Positions 8,311-18,072 of a DNA stretch of 64,000 bases are shown piece after piece (within the stretch, counting starts at the first letter, position 1; each line of letters begins with the position of its first letter). A model generated the notes under the pieces. The model was not told the origin of the DNA and did no database searches. It saw nothing but the letters and a program-made list of their open reading frames with translations. The translations under genes were made by a program, and so were the position numbers. The stretch covers positions 8 through 64,007 of the forward strand of contig CAMQTJ010000006.1 of assembly GCA_947037125.1 (NCBI GenBank), in the 5' to 3' direction. The stretch is from an uncultured Holdemania sp. Its GTDB lineage: Bacteria; Bacillota_I; Bacilli_A; Erysipelotrichales; Erysipelotrichaceae.

Positions 8311-8991
8311 TTAACCAATAAACATTTCTGCTAAAACCATAGGATCAACTACAACACCATCTTTATATGCACGCATATTACCAGATGCTATTTCATCAAT
8401 TAAGATTACTTCACCATTATTAAATCCAAATTCAAATTTAATATCATAAAGATCTAAACCTTTTTCTTTTAAAGCTTGTGCTACTAAACGAGTAATCTTT
8501 TGTGTTAAAGCAACTGTTTCATCATATTGAGTTTCAGTCATAACACCAAGATAAACTAATCCATCTTTTGTTACTAGTGGATCACATTTATCGTCATCTT
8601 TAAACGTCATTTCAACATAAGCGTCAAGTTTTGCACCAAGCTCGATATATTGGCTATATCTTTTGTAAAAACTCCCAACTGCATGCATACGACAAATCAC
8701 TTCAAGTCCCTTACCAAAAGTAGAGGCAGGTAATACTTCCATTGTGCCTTTTTCAACTTCAGCTGATACGAAATGCGTTTTAACACCATTTTCATTAAGC
8801 ATTTTAAAGAAGATTTCTGACATTTTAAGATTCTGAATACCAATTCCATCAATTGAAAGTCCTACAGTATTAGCACCTGGATCAAACACTCCATTTTCGC
8901 CTGTTACTGTGTCCTTAAATTGTAGTAAATAATTACCATTTTCAAGTTTAAACACGTCTTTTGTTTTACCTTCATAAATTAAATTCATCAC
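8311..8991 (-). CDS. purC: Phosphoribosylaminoimidazole-succinocarboxamide (SAICAR) synthase
   Basis: N-terminal [11 protein letters not shown], and LIDEI...GNMR-type C-terminal block. No other pur gene is in the window. Confidence 0.9.
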   Translation of the reverse strand: MMNLIYEGKTKDVFKLENGNYLLQFKDTVTGENGVFDPGANTVGLSIDGIGIQNLKMSEIFFKMLNENGVKTHFVSAEVEKGTMEVLPASTFGKGLEVICRMHAVGSFYKRYSQYIELGAKLDAYVEMTFKDDDKCDPLVTKDGLVYLGVMTETQYDETVALTQKITRLVAQALKEKGLDLYDIKFEFGFNNGEVILIDEIASGNMRAYKDGVVVDPMVLAEMFIG

Positions 8992-9231
8992 TTACCTCCA
9001 TTTGTCTTTCTAACAATTGAGTTGGATTTTATTCCAATTCCTGTAAATAATATCACATTTTATTTTTGTTTGCAATAAATTTATCATGTTTAAATATCCT
9101 TTATAATACGCTAATTATAAGATTAGTAATGTTTAATATTATGATTTATTCCTTAGTTAATAATGTAACCTATTACATGAATAATTATATAGTATTTATT
9201 TACTATATTATCTTAAGTAAAGTTTAACTAT

Positions 9232-10941
9232 TTAATATAATTCATTAGTATTTAATATACTATTTCTTAAAATTAGTTGTTGATATGTTCCACTATCAAT
9301 AATTAAACCATTTTCGATAACATATATTCTATCTGCCATACTAAATACTTTACTACGATGAGAACTTATAATAATTAATTTATCCTTTTTTAATTGATTA
9401 AGTGTATTACAAATAAGATCTTCTGTTTTATAATCAAGTGATGATGTTGGTTCATCAAATAACAATATTGGTGATTGACATATTAATGCTCTCATAAGGG
9501 CTATACGTTGTTTTTGACCACCAGATACATTAGTACCATGTTCATTGATTATTGTTTCATAGCCATCTTTTAAATCACTTATAAATTCATATAAGCCGAC
9601 CATTTTTGAATATTCTTCAAGTTTATCCCCATTAATTATGTTATTTGATGCAATTTGAATATTTTCTAATATGCTTTTATTAAATAATATAGGAAATTGT
9701 TCAAATAATGTAATTTTATTTAACACATTTTTATTTTTAATATCAATTCCATTTATTTCAACACTTCCTGTATAATCATTGTTTTGTTGTGCAATAACAT
9801 TCAATAACGAAGTTTTCCCACAACCAGATTTACCTACCAAAACAATTATTTCACCTTTTTTAACACTTACTGTTATCTTATCTAATATTTTCTTATCCAT
9901 ATCTAAACTAACATCTTTTAATTTCAATTCAATATCACTTGAATTCACATCTAATAAATTATTATCATTATTCAAAATCACTTCATCAATTAATTCAAAT
10001 ACTCTTTTAGCACTTACACTAACTTGGCATAAATAATTATACATATCCCCAACTTTAGATATTAAACTTGATACAAAAGGTTGCATTTGAATAATTATTA
10101 TTATACTTGAAAAATTAAAACCATTTAATTCATTTAGTTTTGCACCAATTATAAAACAAATAATGATATTAATTACATTAAGCAATCCACTAAAGTGTTC
10201 ACTAATTATATTTAAATAAGTTATTTTATAGTTTTTATTAGCACTATTTGTTATTAATGATTTAAAATTAAATATTTTTTCATCTTGAATATTATTACTT
10301 TTAATAATTGTAAAGCCTTTAATAAACTCTAAATAATCAACACTTATTTGCGAATTATTTTCTTTAATATCACTTTGATAACTCTTAATTTTATCAGTAA
10401 ATAATAAAGATAATATTGTTGATAATACCCCAAAAATAATAGACAAAATTAAAAATCGATAATCTACATACCAAATTACAATAATACCTAATATGCCCAC
10501 AACTATCGGCTCTAAAATAACAAGCCCTATACCTTGAAAGTAAAAATCAGATATATTTTGTGAACAATCATCTATTAGTCTTGTTGTAACATCACCTACA
10601 AGATATTTATAGTTACTTTTTTTATGTAACCATTTTTTTATTATTTTTATTTGTATAATTGCCGATAATTTCTCACTTGCTAAAGAATTCAAATAATAAC
10701 CCCATATCACAAAAACTCTCAGTAATATCAAAATAAAAATAATAAGTATAGCCATAACTATAATATTATTACCACTAATAATTGAATCTAGTGCCTCTTT
10801 ACTTAAAATAGACATTATTAAAGCTGATAGAAAAAATGGCAAAGATGTTCTAATTGAAGCAAATATTGTTACAAAAAACAATTTAATATCAACACAAATT
10901 AGTCGTTTTATATAATAAAATACATTATTAGATTTATTCAT
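9232..10941 (-). CDS. ABC exporter, fused TMD-NBD half-transporter (subunit 2)
   Basis: Six predicted TM helices, then Walker A GKSGCGKTS, signature VSGGQKQRIAL and Walker B ILLFDEPTSSLD. The ATG at 10941 overlaps the upstream stop (ATGAATAA). Confidence 0.85.
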   Translation of the reverse strand: MNKSNNVFYYIKRLICVDIKLFFVTIFASIRTSLPFFLSALIMSILSKEALDSIISGNNIIVMAILIIFILILLRVFVIWGYYLNSLASEKLSAIIQIKIIKKWLHKKSNYKYLVGDVTTRLIDDCSQNISDFYFQGIGLVILEPIVVGILGIIVIWYVDYRFLILSIIFGVLSTILSLLFTDKIKSYQSDIKENNSQISVDYLEFIKGFTIIKSNNIQDEKIFNFKSLITNSANKNYKITYLNIISEHFSGLLNVINIIICFIIGAKLNELNGFNFSSIIIIIQMQPFVSSLISKVGDMYNYLCQVSVSAKRVFELIDEVILNNDNNLLDVNSSDIELKLKDVSLDMDKKILDKITVSVKKGEIIVLVGKSGCGKTSLLNVIAQQNNDYTGSVEINGIDIKNKNVLNKITLFEQFPILFNKSILENIQIASNNIINGDKLEEYSKMVGLYEFISDLKDGYETIINEHGTNVSGGQKQRIALMRALICQSPILLFDEPTSSLDYKTEDLICNTLNQLKKDKLIIISSHRSKVFSMADRIYVIENGLIIDSGTYQQLILRNSILNTNELY

Positions 10942-12685
10942 ATTGTTCACCACTTGCTATCATTTTATATAGTAGTGATTTGTTATTTTTTATTAAATTC
11001 TCATATGTATCATCTTCCATAATTTCACCGTTGTCCATAACTATTACCCTAGAAAATAATCTTGCATATTCTAGTTTATGAATTGTTGAAATAATTGTTA
11101 TATCACTTGGTAAATTACATATATACTCCATTATTTTCTTTTCACTGTCAATATCTATCGAACTTGTAAACTCATCAATTATTAAAATTTTTACTTGTTG
11201 AATAAGTTGTCTAACTAATGCTATTCTTTGTTTTTCTCCACCTGAAATATTTGACATATTTTCATTAATTATTGTATCAATACCTTTATTTTGTTGCTTA
11301 ATAAATTCATCTAAATTCACCATTTGTAATAATTCAATTAATAATTGTTCATCCACAGCCTTATTTAGAGTTATATTGTTTTTTATACTATCATTAAATA
11401 AAAAGACATCTTGTGTTAAATATCCTACAACCTTAGTTAATATTGCTTTATCTATTTCATTTATATCAGTTCCATAAAGCTTAATTATGCCATTGTTTGT
11501 TTCATAAAAGCCATTAATTAATTTTAACAAAGTACTTTTACCACTACCATTTTTTCCAACAATTGCAATCTTTTCACCAGAATTAACTCTTAGTGACAAT
11601 AACTTAATCAATTCAATTTCACAATTATCATATGAATAATTCATTTCACTTATATCAATTGGATATAAAGCATAATTTAAATCAGTTATACTCCCATTTT
11701 TTTGTTGTGGTGCATCCCATATAAACTGAACAATTTTTTGATTTGCTATAATTCTTGGTAGATTCGCAAATAAGGCATTTAATCCATTCAATTCTTTTGT
11801 ACTTATCTCAATTAATGTAATGATAACAATAAATTCACTAACACTTAATAATTGATTAATTCCCATAACACTTGCAATAACCAGTGGCACAATTGTTATA
11901 AACATATTTAGGATTAATGGTGCTGAAAAGTGAAAAGTTAATTTTGCCATTGCTGATGAAAATGCTTTGATAAAACTATTTATTTTATCATTAAGCCAAG
12001 TATCAACATATTTTTCCATACCAAATATTGATATAGTTTTACTACTGTTAAGTAATTCATAATACAATGCATTTCTTGATGCTTGTTTATCTTCCATATC
12101 AGTCATATATAATTCAGCTTTTTGCCCTGCCCATAATTGAAACCAGATCATAGTAAAGACTAAAAAAAGAAATACAACACCAACTAATGGACTAATACTA
12201 ATTAAAACAATTATTCCAATACTACATACAAGCAATTTACGAAATAAATCGGGGATAAAATAACTAATTTGACCTGCAAGATCACTAGTATTGTTTAAGA
12301 TTCTTCCAATACTATCACCAGACTTGTTTGCTTGTATCCAACTATATTTTGCACCAATGACACAATTTATTGATTTCATACGAAAGTTTAATTCAAGTTT
12401 TTTTCCAATTTTTGCCGTTATATTTTTTGCACAAAAACCACAAATCAATAACAAAACACTTGTAATCGCATATATCAATAACAATTCATATAATTGTTTC
12501 ACATTAAAATTTGTAAGTACTAAATTAATTATTCCACCATATAAATATGCAACAACTACATTAATTATTGATACTAGTACATAAACAAAAGTTAATAATA
12601 TAAGTAAACTTTTAACTTTACCAATCTTTAAATATTCTTTAAATATAAAAACACAATTTTGTATATATAAATATTTTTTCTTCAA
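10934..12685 (-). CDS. ABC exporter, fused TMD-NBD half-transporter (subunit 1)
   Basis: TMD plus Walker A GKNGSGKST, signature ISGGEKQRIAL and Walker B ILIIDEFTSSID. It has a TTG start preceded by AGAGGA. Confidence 0.85.
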   Translation of the reverse strand: MKKKYLYIQNCVFIFKEYLKIGKVKSLLILLTFVYVLVSIINVVVAYLYGGIINLVLTNFNVKQLYELLLIYAITSVLLLICGFCAKNITAKIGKKLELNFRMKSINCVIGAKYSWIQANKSGDSIGRILNNTSDLAGQISYFIPDLFRKLLVCSIGIIVLISISPLVGVVFLFLVFTMIWFQLWAGQKAELYMTDMEDKQASRNALYYELLNSSKTISIFGMEKYVDTWLNDKINSFIKAFSSAMAKLTFHFSAPLILNMFITIVPLVIASVMGINQLLSVSEFIVIITLIEISTKELNGLNALFANLPRIIANQKIVQFIWDAPQQKNGSITDLNYALYPIDISEMNYSYDNCEIELIKLLSLRVNSGEKIAIVGKNGSGKSTLLKLINGFYETNNGIIKLYGTDINEIDKAILTKVVGYLTQDVFLFNDSIKNNITLNKAVDEQLLIELLQMVNLDEFIKQQNKGIDTIINENMSNISGGEKQRIALVRQLIQQVKILIIDEFTSSIDIDSEKKIMEYICNLPSDITIISTIHKLEYARLFSRVIVMDNGEIMEDDTYENLIKNNKSLLYKMIASGEQYE

Positions 12686-12719
12686 GTTACATCCTCTTTC
12701 ATTTTCTTTTTTTATTATC

Positions 12720-13757
12720 TTATTTTCTCTTACTTGATTTATCTAACTCACGTTTTTTTATTCTATTTTTCTGATTTTTTTGATGGATTTTATAATCATC
12801 AATATATAATCTCTCTTTTTCAAGTTTTTGATAATTCAAAAATTGTTGTTTACTTATTACACCATCAGCAATTCCCTTTTTTAAAGCACAACAATACTCA
12901 TTTAGATGCTGACAATCTTTATACTTACAATGTTTTGCTAAGCTATTAATATTTTCAAAGGTATCACAACAATCATCATTATTCCAAAAACCAAAATTTC
13001 TAATGCCTGGTGTATCAATAAGACACCCATTAACTTCACTACAAACTAATTCTCTTGATACTGTTGTATGTTTACCTCTTTGACTTTTAACACTTATGGG
13101 TGCTGTTTTTTGAATGTTGTGACCATATAAAGCATTAATCAATGTCGACTTACCAACACCTGAACTACCAATAAAGACTGAAGTTATACCTTTATTTAAG
13201 TAATCATTAAATTTAATTAAGTAATCATTATTAAACATCGATAATGTTATAACATCAACATTATTTATTCTTTGTTTAATTTGACTGACATATTTTTCAA
13301 TATCATTTACTAAATCCGTCTTAGTCAAAACAATTACTAATTTTATATTATCTTTACAAATTGAATAAATCAGTCTTTCTATTCGATTCAAATTAAAATC
13401 ATTATCTACACAAACACAAATAAAAACATAATCAATATTGGCTGCAATTAATTGCTCCATTTTTTTCTTTTCGCCAACTGATCGACTAATATAACTAGAT
13501 CTTTTAATTATTTTCTCAATTACATAGCAATCACTATTTTCACTAATTGATAAGATCACCCAATCACCTACAGTAACAAAAGATTCTTTATCTTCATTTT
13601 TATAATAATAACTACCTTTTATTTTCGCAATAACTTCCCCTGTTTTACTTAGTACTTTATACCGATTTTTATTTACTCCAATTATTCTTCCTATCTGATT
13701 ATTTAATTCCATACTTTCTTCAAATCCTTTTAAACCATAACTTGCTAAATCTTGCAT
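12720..13757 (-). CDS. Ribosome small-subunit-dependent GTPase A paralog (RsgA/YloQ/EngC family) with a basic C-terminal tail
   Basis: Circularly permuted GTPase order: G4 LTKTD, G1 GSSGVGKST, G3 DTPG. Zn-finger CKYKDCQHLNEYCC. Extra C-terminal KNQKNRIKKRELDKSSKRK. The canonical rsgA is at 46103-46966. Confidence 0.8.
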   Translation of the reverse strand: MQDLASYGLKGFEESMELNNQIGRIIGVNKNRYKVLSKTGEVIAKIKGSYYYKNEDKESFVTVGDWVILSISENSDCYVIEKIIKRSSYISRSVGEKKKMEQLIAANIDYVFICVCVDNDFNLNRIERLIYSICKDNIKLVIVLTKTDLVNDIEKYVSQIKQRINNVDVITLSMFNNDYLIKFNDYLNKGITSVFIGSSGVGKSTLINALYGHNIQKTAPISVKSQRGKHTTVSRELVCSEVNGCLIDTPGIRNFGFWNNDDCCDTFENINSLAKHCKYKDCQHLNEYCCALKKGIADGVISKQQFLNYQKLEKERLYIDDYKIHQKNQKNRIKKRELDKSSKRK

Positions 13758-13797
13758 TTATCATTCTCCTTTACGATAAAACATTAGATTTAACCAC

Positions 13798-13824
13798 AAA
13801 AAAAACACTTTCAAAGAAAGTGCC
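13798..13824 (-). terminator. Intrinsic terminator / attenuator between the leader ORF and the rsgA paralog
   Basis: Minus-strand RNA CACUUUC-UUU-GAAAGUG followed by U8. It lies 21 nt after the leader ORF stop and about 40 nt before the rsgA-paralog start. Confidence 0.6.
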
Positions 13825-13845
13825 TACATAACCAATTATTAAAAT

Positions 13846-13929
13846 TTAAATCCTTTTTGTGGTTACATCAATTAACTCTTTTTGAATATTACTAACATTA
13901 AATTTTAGTTTATTTATATTATTCATCAT
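13846..13929 (-). CDS. 27-codon leader ORF (MMNNINKLKFNVSNIQKELIDVTTKRI)
   Basis: ATG preceded by GAGGTGG at 7-nt spacing. It sits between a consensus-like promoter and a terminator. It is shorter than any ORF listed in the supplied track. Confidence 0.4.
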   Translation of the reverse strand: MMNNINKLKFNVSNIQKELIDVTTKRI

Positions 13930-13955
13930 AGTAACCACCTCGATTTCTTATTTTT

Positions 13956-13984
13956 ATTTTATCATACACTAATTTGTTAAGCAA
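13956..13984 (-). promoter_or_regulatory. Sigma-A promoter driving leader ORF / rsgA paralog / ABC exporter
   Basis: Minus strand TTGCTT, 17-nt spacer, TGaTAAAAT (extended -10). Confidence 0.5.
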
Positions 13985-14132
13985 GATTTATATTTTTGTA
14001 TGATATTTAATTCTAATATATTATTTAGCAAATACTTATTCTTTTTAAGTAACACTGTTATGTTATTCATATAAATAAAAAAAAGTAAAATTAATTACTG
14101 TCTTTCTTTTCTATTGTCTATAATATTATTTA

Positions 14133-14348
14133 TTAATCATACTTTTCCCCAACAATATACATTGGTATAAATACACTAAAGATAAAACACAGTGATAAAG
14201 CAGTTTTAATATCATTGTAAAGTGGCAATGATATTGTTGATAATATTACGTATACTAGCGGAAAAATAACCATTACAAGCAAAGAGGTAAACTGTGTTAC
14301 CTTAATAATATGTCTAAAATTTTTATTATTAAAATTTATTCCTAACAT
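14133..14348 (-). CDS. Small membrane protein (2 TM), unknown function
   Basis: 71 aa and hydrophobic, located downstream of the membrane-anchored XRE regulator. Confidence 0.4.
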   Translation of the reverse strand: MLGINFNNKNFRHIIKVTQFTSLLVMVIFPLVYVILSTISLPLYNDIKTALSLCFIFSVFIPMYIVGEKYD

Positions 14349-14406
14349 ATTAATTCTTAAAAAACCATTTTTAATAAAACTAATTTTATTATTATTATCA
14401 TAATAA

Positions 14407-14916
14407 TCAGGTAATGTTGCCTTCAGGTAATGTTGCCTTAATAAAAAAAGTAAAATATAAAGCTAAACAAAACATAATTCCTATTACAGTTGATACATTA
14501 TAAATAAGTTGATTTAGTGTTATACCAATTAATAAAAACAATGCTATTTCAATAATGAATATTAAACAAAATATCATAAATATACGTATTCTATTTTTCT
14601 TTTCAGTATTTAAAATATCACTATCAACTATTGATAACTTAATTGTTTTGTTCATCAAAAGTTCAACTTCATTCATAGTTAATGTTACATTTGCTTCTAA
14701 TCTTTTACCACTTAATAGTTCAGTTGTTGTAACACCTAATATTTTAGCTAATGGCATAATTAAATCAATATCAGGTAAACTCAATCCTCTTTCCCATTTA
14801 CTTACAGCCTTATCACTTCTATACAGCATTTGTGCTAATTGATTTTGTGTTAATCCTTTTTCTTTTCTTAGCTTTGATAAAAACTTTCCAAATTGCTCAT
14901 TGTTTATTGTGTCCAT
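14407..14916 (-). CDS. XRE-family HTH regulator with C-terminal transmembrane domain
   Basis: HTH LTQNQLAQMLYRSDKAVSKWERGLSLPDIDLIMPLAKILGV followed by two hydrophobic helices (IFMIFCLIFIIEIALFLLIGI, VIGIMFCLALYFTFFI). Confidence 0.8.
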   Translation of the reverse strand: MDTINNEQFGKFLSKLRKEKGLTQNQLAQMLYRSDKAVSKWERGLSLPDIDLIMPLAKILGVTTTELLSGKRLEANVTLTMNEVELLMNKTIKLSIVDSDILNTEKKNRIRIFMIFCLIFIIEIALFLLIGITLNQLIYNVSTVIGIMFCLALYFTFFIKATLPEGNIT

Positions 14917-15025
14917 TTAAGTACCTCCTGTAAAGATACTACAATTATTATAATTAATAAACAACCGACTAGCAGTAGAGTTTTTTAAAATCATCATCTT
15001 AACTTATTTTTTTTACTTTATATAT

Positions 15026-15062
15026 AAAAAAAATTGTGACACTTATAAAATGCACACAATTA
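15026..15062 (-). terminator. Terminator after recO
   Basis: Minus-strand AATTGTG / CACAATT stem followed by U8. Confidence 0.55.
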
Positions 15063-15080
15063 TTTAACTTATTTAAGTTA

Positions 15081-15818
15081 TTACATTACGCTATCTTTAA
15101 AAAACTCATAACTTTTAATATTAGTTCCACTATGTAACTTTAAAAAATTCATGAATAAATCACAATCTTCTAAGTCACAAGTAAACAATTCAAATAATGT
15201 ATCATAATCCTTATATTCAGCCATTACAAGATACCTAAATTTTTTAAGGCGATTTACTGCAAGTGATTCAAAATAAAAATCTTTCTGACATCCTTTACAA
15301 ACAAATCCTCCACCTTGAAGTGATAAACTACTAATTACTTCATTACCACAATTAATACAACACTTCACATTAGGTACAATCCCATTAATTTTTAATATTT
15401 TAACTAAGATTAAACAAATACACATATAAATATCAACATTAAGATTAACCTTTTTTAATAAATAATCACAGATCTCAAAAAGTTCACTGTCTTTATGCAT
15501 ATCAGGTATACTTGTATCGATAATTTGCGCTATTACATTACATGCACTAAGTTTGTCTAAACTATCATAAATCTTAAAATTGTTTGTGACAATAGATGAT
15601 TTTTTAAGATTATAAATACTTTGATTATATTTATAATCAAATATAAACTCAGAAGTGCAAAAAGGCATACAGCTACTACTATTTTTACTAGTAGCTTTGC
15701 GTATACCTTTCACAACAATACTTAATTTACCATATTCTTTAGACAAAACTTTAATTAAAGCATCATTATTTTTATATTCTGATTGTTTTAAAATAATACC
15801 TAAAGTAGTATCATTCAT
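15081..15818 (-). CDS. recO: DNA repair protein RecO
   Basis: N-terminal OB-fold block GIILKQSEYKNNDALIKVLSKEYGKLSIVVKG and a CxxC...CxxC zinc motif (CINCGN...CKGC). It follows era, as in Bacillus. Confidence 0.85.
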   Translation of the reverse strand: MNDTTLGIILKQSEYKNNDALIKVLSKEYGKLSIVVKGIRKATSKNSSSCMPFCTSEFIFDYKYNQSIYNLKKSSIVTNNFKIYDSLDKLSACNVIAQIIDTSIPDMHKDSELFEICDYLLKKVNLNVDIYMCICLILVKILKINGIVPNVKCCINCGNEVISSLSLQGGGFVCKGCQKDFYFESLAVNRLKKFRYLVMAEYKDYDTLFELFTCDLEDCDLFMNFLKLHSGTNIKSYEFFKDSVM

Positions 15819-16708
15819 TAATCAGTTTCAACCTCAATATATCCTAATTGTTTTAATTTACTTTCTTTATTACGCCAGTTTTCTTCAACCCTAACAAATA
15901 ATTCTAAATAAACTTTTTCACCTAAGATTTCACTTAATTCAATACGTGCTTCAGTACCAATCTTTTTAATCATTGAACCCTGTTTTCCTACCATGATTCC
16001 TTTTTGTGAATTTCTTTCAACTAAAATCATAGCATTAATAATTAAATTACCTTTATGTTTTTTAATTCTTTCAATAACAATTGCAACACTGTGTGGTACT
16101 TCTTCTTGTGTATTCATTAAAACTTTTTCACGAATTATTTCAGCCATGATGAATTGTTCTGGATAATCACATACCATATCATCAGGATAGTATTTAACAC
16201 CATCTTCAAGACGTAATTTAGTAAATTCAATTAATTGATCAACATTATCATTTTCTAATGCTGAAATAGGGAATATTTCCGCAAAATCATGTAAACGATT
16301 ATAAAATAATAATAAATTCATCATATCATCTTTAGAGATTAAGTCAGCTTTATTTACTACTAAAAAGACTGGTAAGTGAATATTTTTGATTGCTTGCATA
16401 ACATACTCATCACCCGTACCAAACGGAACTGTACCATCAACCATTAAGTAAATGATATCAACACCTCTAGCACTAGAATAAGCTTGTTTATTCATTTGTG
16501 CACCTAAGCTATGTTGTGGCTTATGAATACCTGGTGTATCTACAAAGATAATTTGACTATCTTCATCTGTTCTTATTCCACGAATACTATTTCTTGTTGT
16601 TTGTGCTTTAGGAGAAATAATTGCTATTTTTTGTTTCATTAAAGTATTTAATAAAGTACTTTTACCAGCATTTGGTCTTCCAATTAGTGCTACAAATCCT
16701 GATTTCAT
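15818..16708 (-). CDS. era: GTPase Era
   Basis: G1 GRPNAGKST, G3 DTPG, G4 NKAD, and a C-terminal KH domain (VERNSQKGI.VGK.G..IK). Confidence 0.95.
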   Translation of the reverse strand: MKSGFVALIGRPNAGKSTLLNTLMKQKIAIISPKAQTTRNSIRGIRTDEDSQIIFVDTPGIHKPQHSLGAQMNKQAYSSARGVDIIYLMVDGTVPFGTGDEYVMQAIKNIHLPVFLVVNKADLISKDDMMNLLLFYNRLHDFAEIFPISALENDNVDQLIEFTKLRLEDGVKYYPDDMVCDYPEQFIMAEIIREKVLMNTQEEVPHSVAIVIERIKKHKGNLIINAMILVERNSQKGIMVGKQGSMIKKIGTEARIELSEILGEKVYLELFVRVEENWRNKESKLKQLGYIEVETD

Positions 16709-17103
16709 TATAAGTCCTCACTTGTAAAACTCATCGGTAATAATTCTGCGATTGTTTTAGTTATTTCTAATTTACCATTTGATAAATAAATCGGTGTATC
16801 CATATTGATTAACTCACTTAAAACTTGACGACAAATACCACACGGAGCAGCAATTTTTTCACCATCACTTACAATTGCAAGTGCAACGATATCATCTTTA
16901 CGATATCCATTTGAATAGGCAGCAAAAATCGCACTACGCTCACCACAATTTGTTGCACCATATGATGCATTTTCTATATTAGCTCCTAAAAAATATGTTC
17001 CATCACTACATAAAACACAAGCACCTACATGATAATTTGAGTATGGCGCATAAGCATTTTCCATTGCTTCAAAAGCTTTATTAACTAATTCATCTTTATT
17101 CAT
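16708..17103 (-). CDS. cdd: Cytidine deaminase
   Basis: Zinc motifs CGERSAI and PCGICRQ; 131 aa. Confidence 0.9.
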   Translation of the reverse strand: MNKDELVNKAFEAMENAYAPYSNYHVGACVLCSDGTYFLGANIENASYGATNCGERSAIFAAYSNGYRKDDIVALAIVSDGEKIAAPCGICRQVLSELINMDTPIYLSNGKLEITKTIAELLPMSFTSEDL

Positions 17104-17104
17104 T

Positions 17105-17449
17105 TTATATCCTCCATATATAATTAATCATAACAATCATACCTACAACCACTGCACATATTGAACTTATAAGTACAAAAGCTGCAGACATATCTTTAAT
17201 TACTTTAATTTTATCATTTTCATTTTCATCTATTAAGTCACAAACTTTTTCAATACACGTATTAATTATCTCAGCAATAACTACTATAAAACATAAAATC
17301 AAGATAATTATCCATTCAAAATAATTAAACTTTAATATACATCCTACAATTATTACTAATATAAATATAATTAATTGTATTCTAATACTTTTATCATCCA
17401 AACAATATTTAATTCCATTAAAGGCATTTTTAAATTTGTTCATCATCAT
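17105..17449 (-). CDS. dgkA: Diacylglycerol kinase / undecaprenol kinase family membrane protein
   Basis: 114 aa with 3 TM, N-terminal F.NA..GI.Y motif, conserved position between ybeY and cdd. Confidence 0.8.
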   Translation of the reverse strand: MMMNKFKNAFNGIKYCLDDKSIRIQLIIFILVIIVGCILKFNYFEWIIILILCFIVVIAEIINTCIEKVCDLIDENENDKIKVIKDMSAAFVLISSICAVVVGMIVMINYIWRI

Positions 17450-17900
17450 TCCTTTTTACAATAGGATCTAATATCTCCTTTTGTAAATCAATCATAATTT
17501 TTTCATCTTCTTCATTTAAATGATCATAACCTAAACAATGCAATAAACCATGAACTAGTAAAAAAGCAATTTCTCTTTTTTCACTATGTTGATAATCAAG
17601 CGCTTGACTCACAACTCTATCAACATTAATAAAGATATCACCAAGTTCTACTTCAATTTCATCACACCCAAAGTTTTCACCTTCTAAAGATGCAAATGTA
17701 ATAACATCTGTTGTTTTATCTATATTACGATATTCTAAATTAACTTTATGTATATATTTATTTTTTGCTAAGATAATTGAAACAACATAATTTGTCTTTA
17801 TTTCAAATTTATCCATAACAGCTTTTAAAGTATTATCAAATAATTCATCATATTGACGCCACTTTTTATCTCTTGTTTTATTAATTACTACACATTCCAT
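17430..17900 (-). CDS. ybeY: rRNA maturation endoribonuclease YbeY
   Basis: Metal-binding motif HGLLHCLGYDH. Confidence 0.9.
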   Translation of the reverse strand: MECVVINKTRDKKWRQYDELFDNTLKAVMDKFEIKTNYVVSIILAKNKYIHKVNLEYRNIDKTTDVITFASLEGENFGCDEIEVELGDIFINVDRVVSQALDYQHSEKREIAFLLVHGLLHCLGYDHLNEEDEKIMIDLQKEILDPIVKRNDDEQI

Positions 17901-17938
17901 ATTATCACCTTCTTATTAATTATAGCATTAAAATAGAT

Positions 17939-17968
17939 AAAAAAAAGATTAATTATTCACATTAATCT
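17939..17968 (-). terminator. Bidirectional-looking terminator between the 177-aa membrane gene and ybeY
   Basis: AGATTAAT / ATTAATCT stem flanked by an A-run and a T-run. Confidence 0.6.
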
Positions 17969-18072
17969 TTTTCACTTATTTATTTCTTATAATTTAAGTA
18001 AATACTTTATAACATAACTAATTATAATATCACTTATCAATATTTTTAAACTATTTCATTTTCATTCTTTAA

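Noticed and set aside
8992-9231. Purine riboswitch or PurBox upstream of purC
   Set aside because: I read the minus-strand leader. It lacks the conserved UAUAAU...GGAUAUGG...UUUCUACC...CCGUAAAU blocks, and I saw no clear terminator/antiterminator pair.
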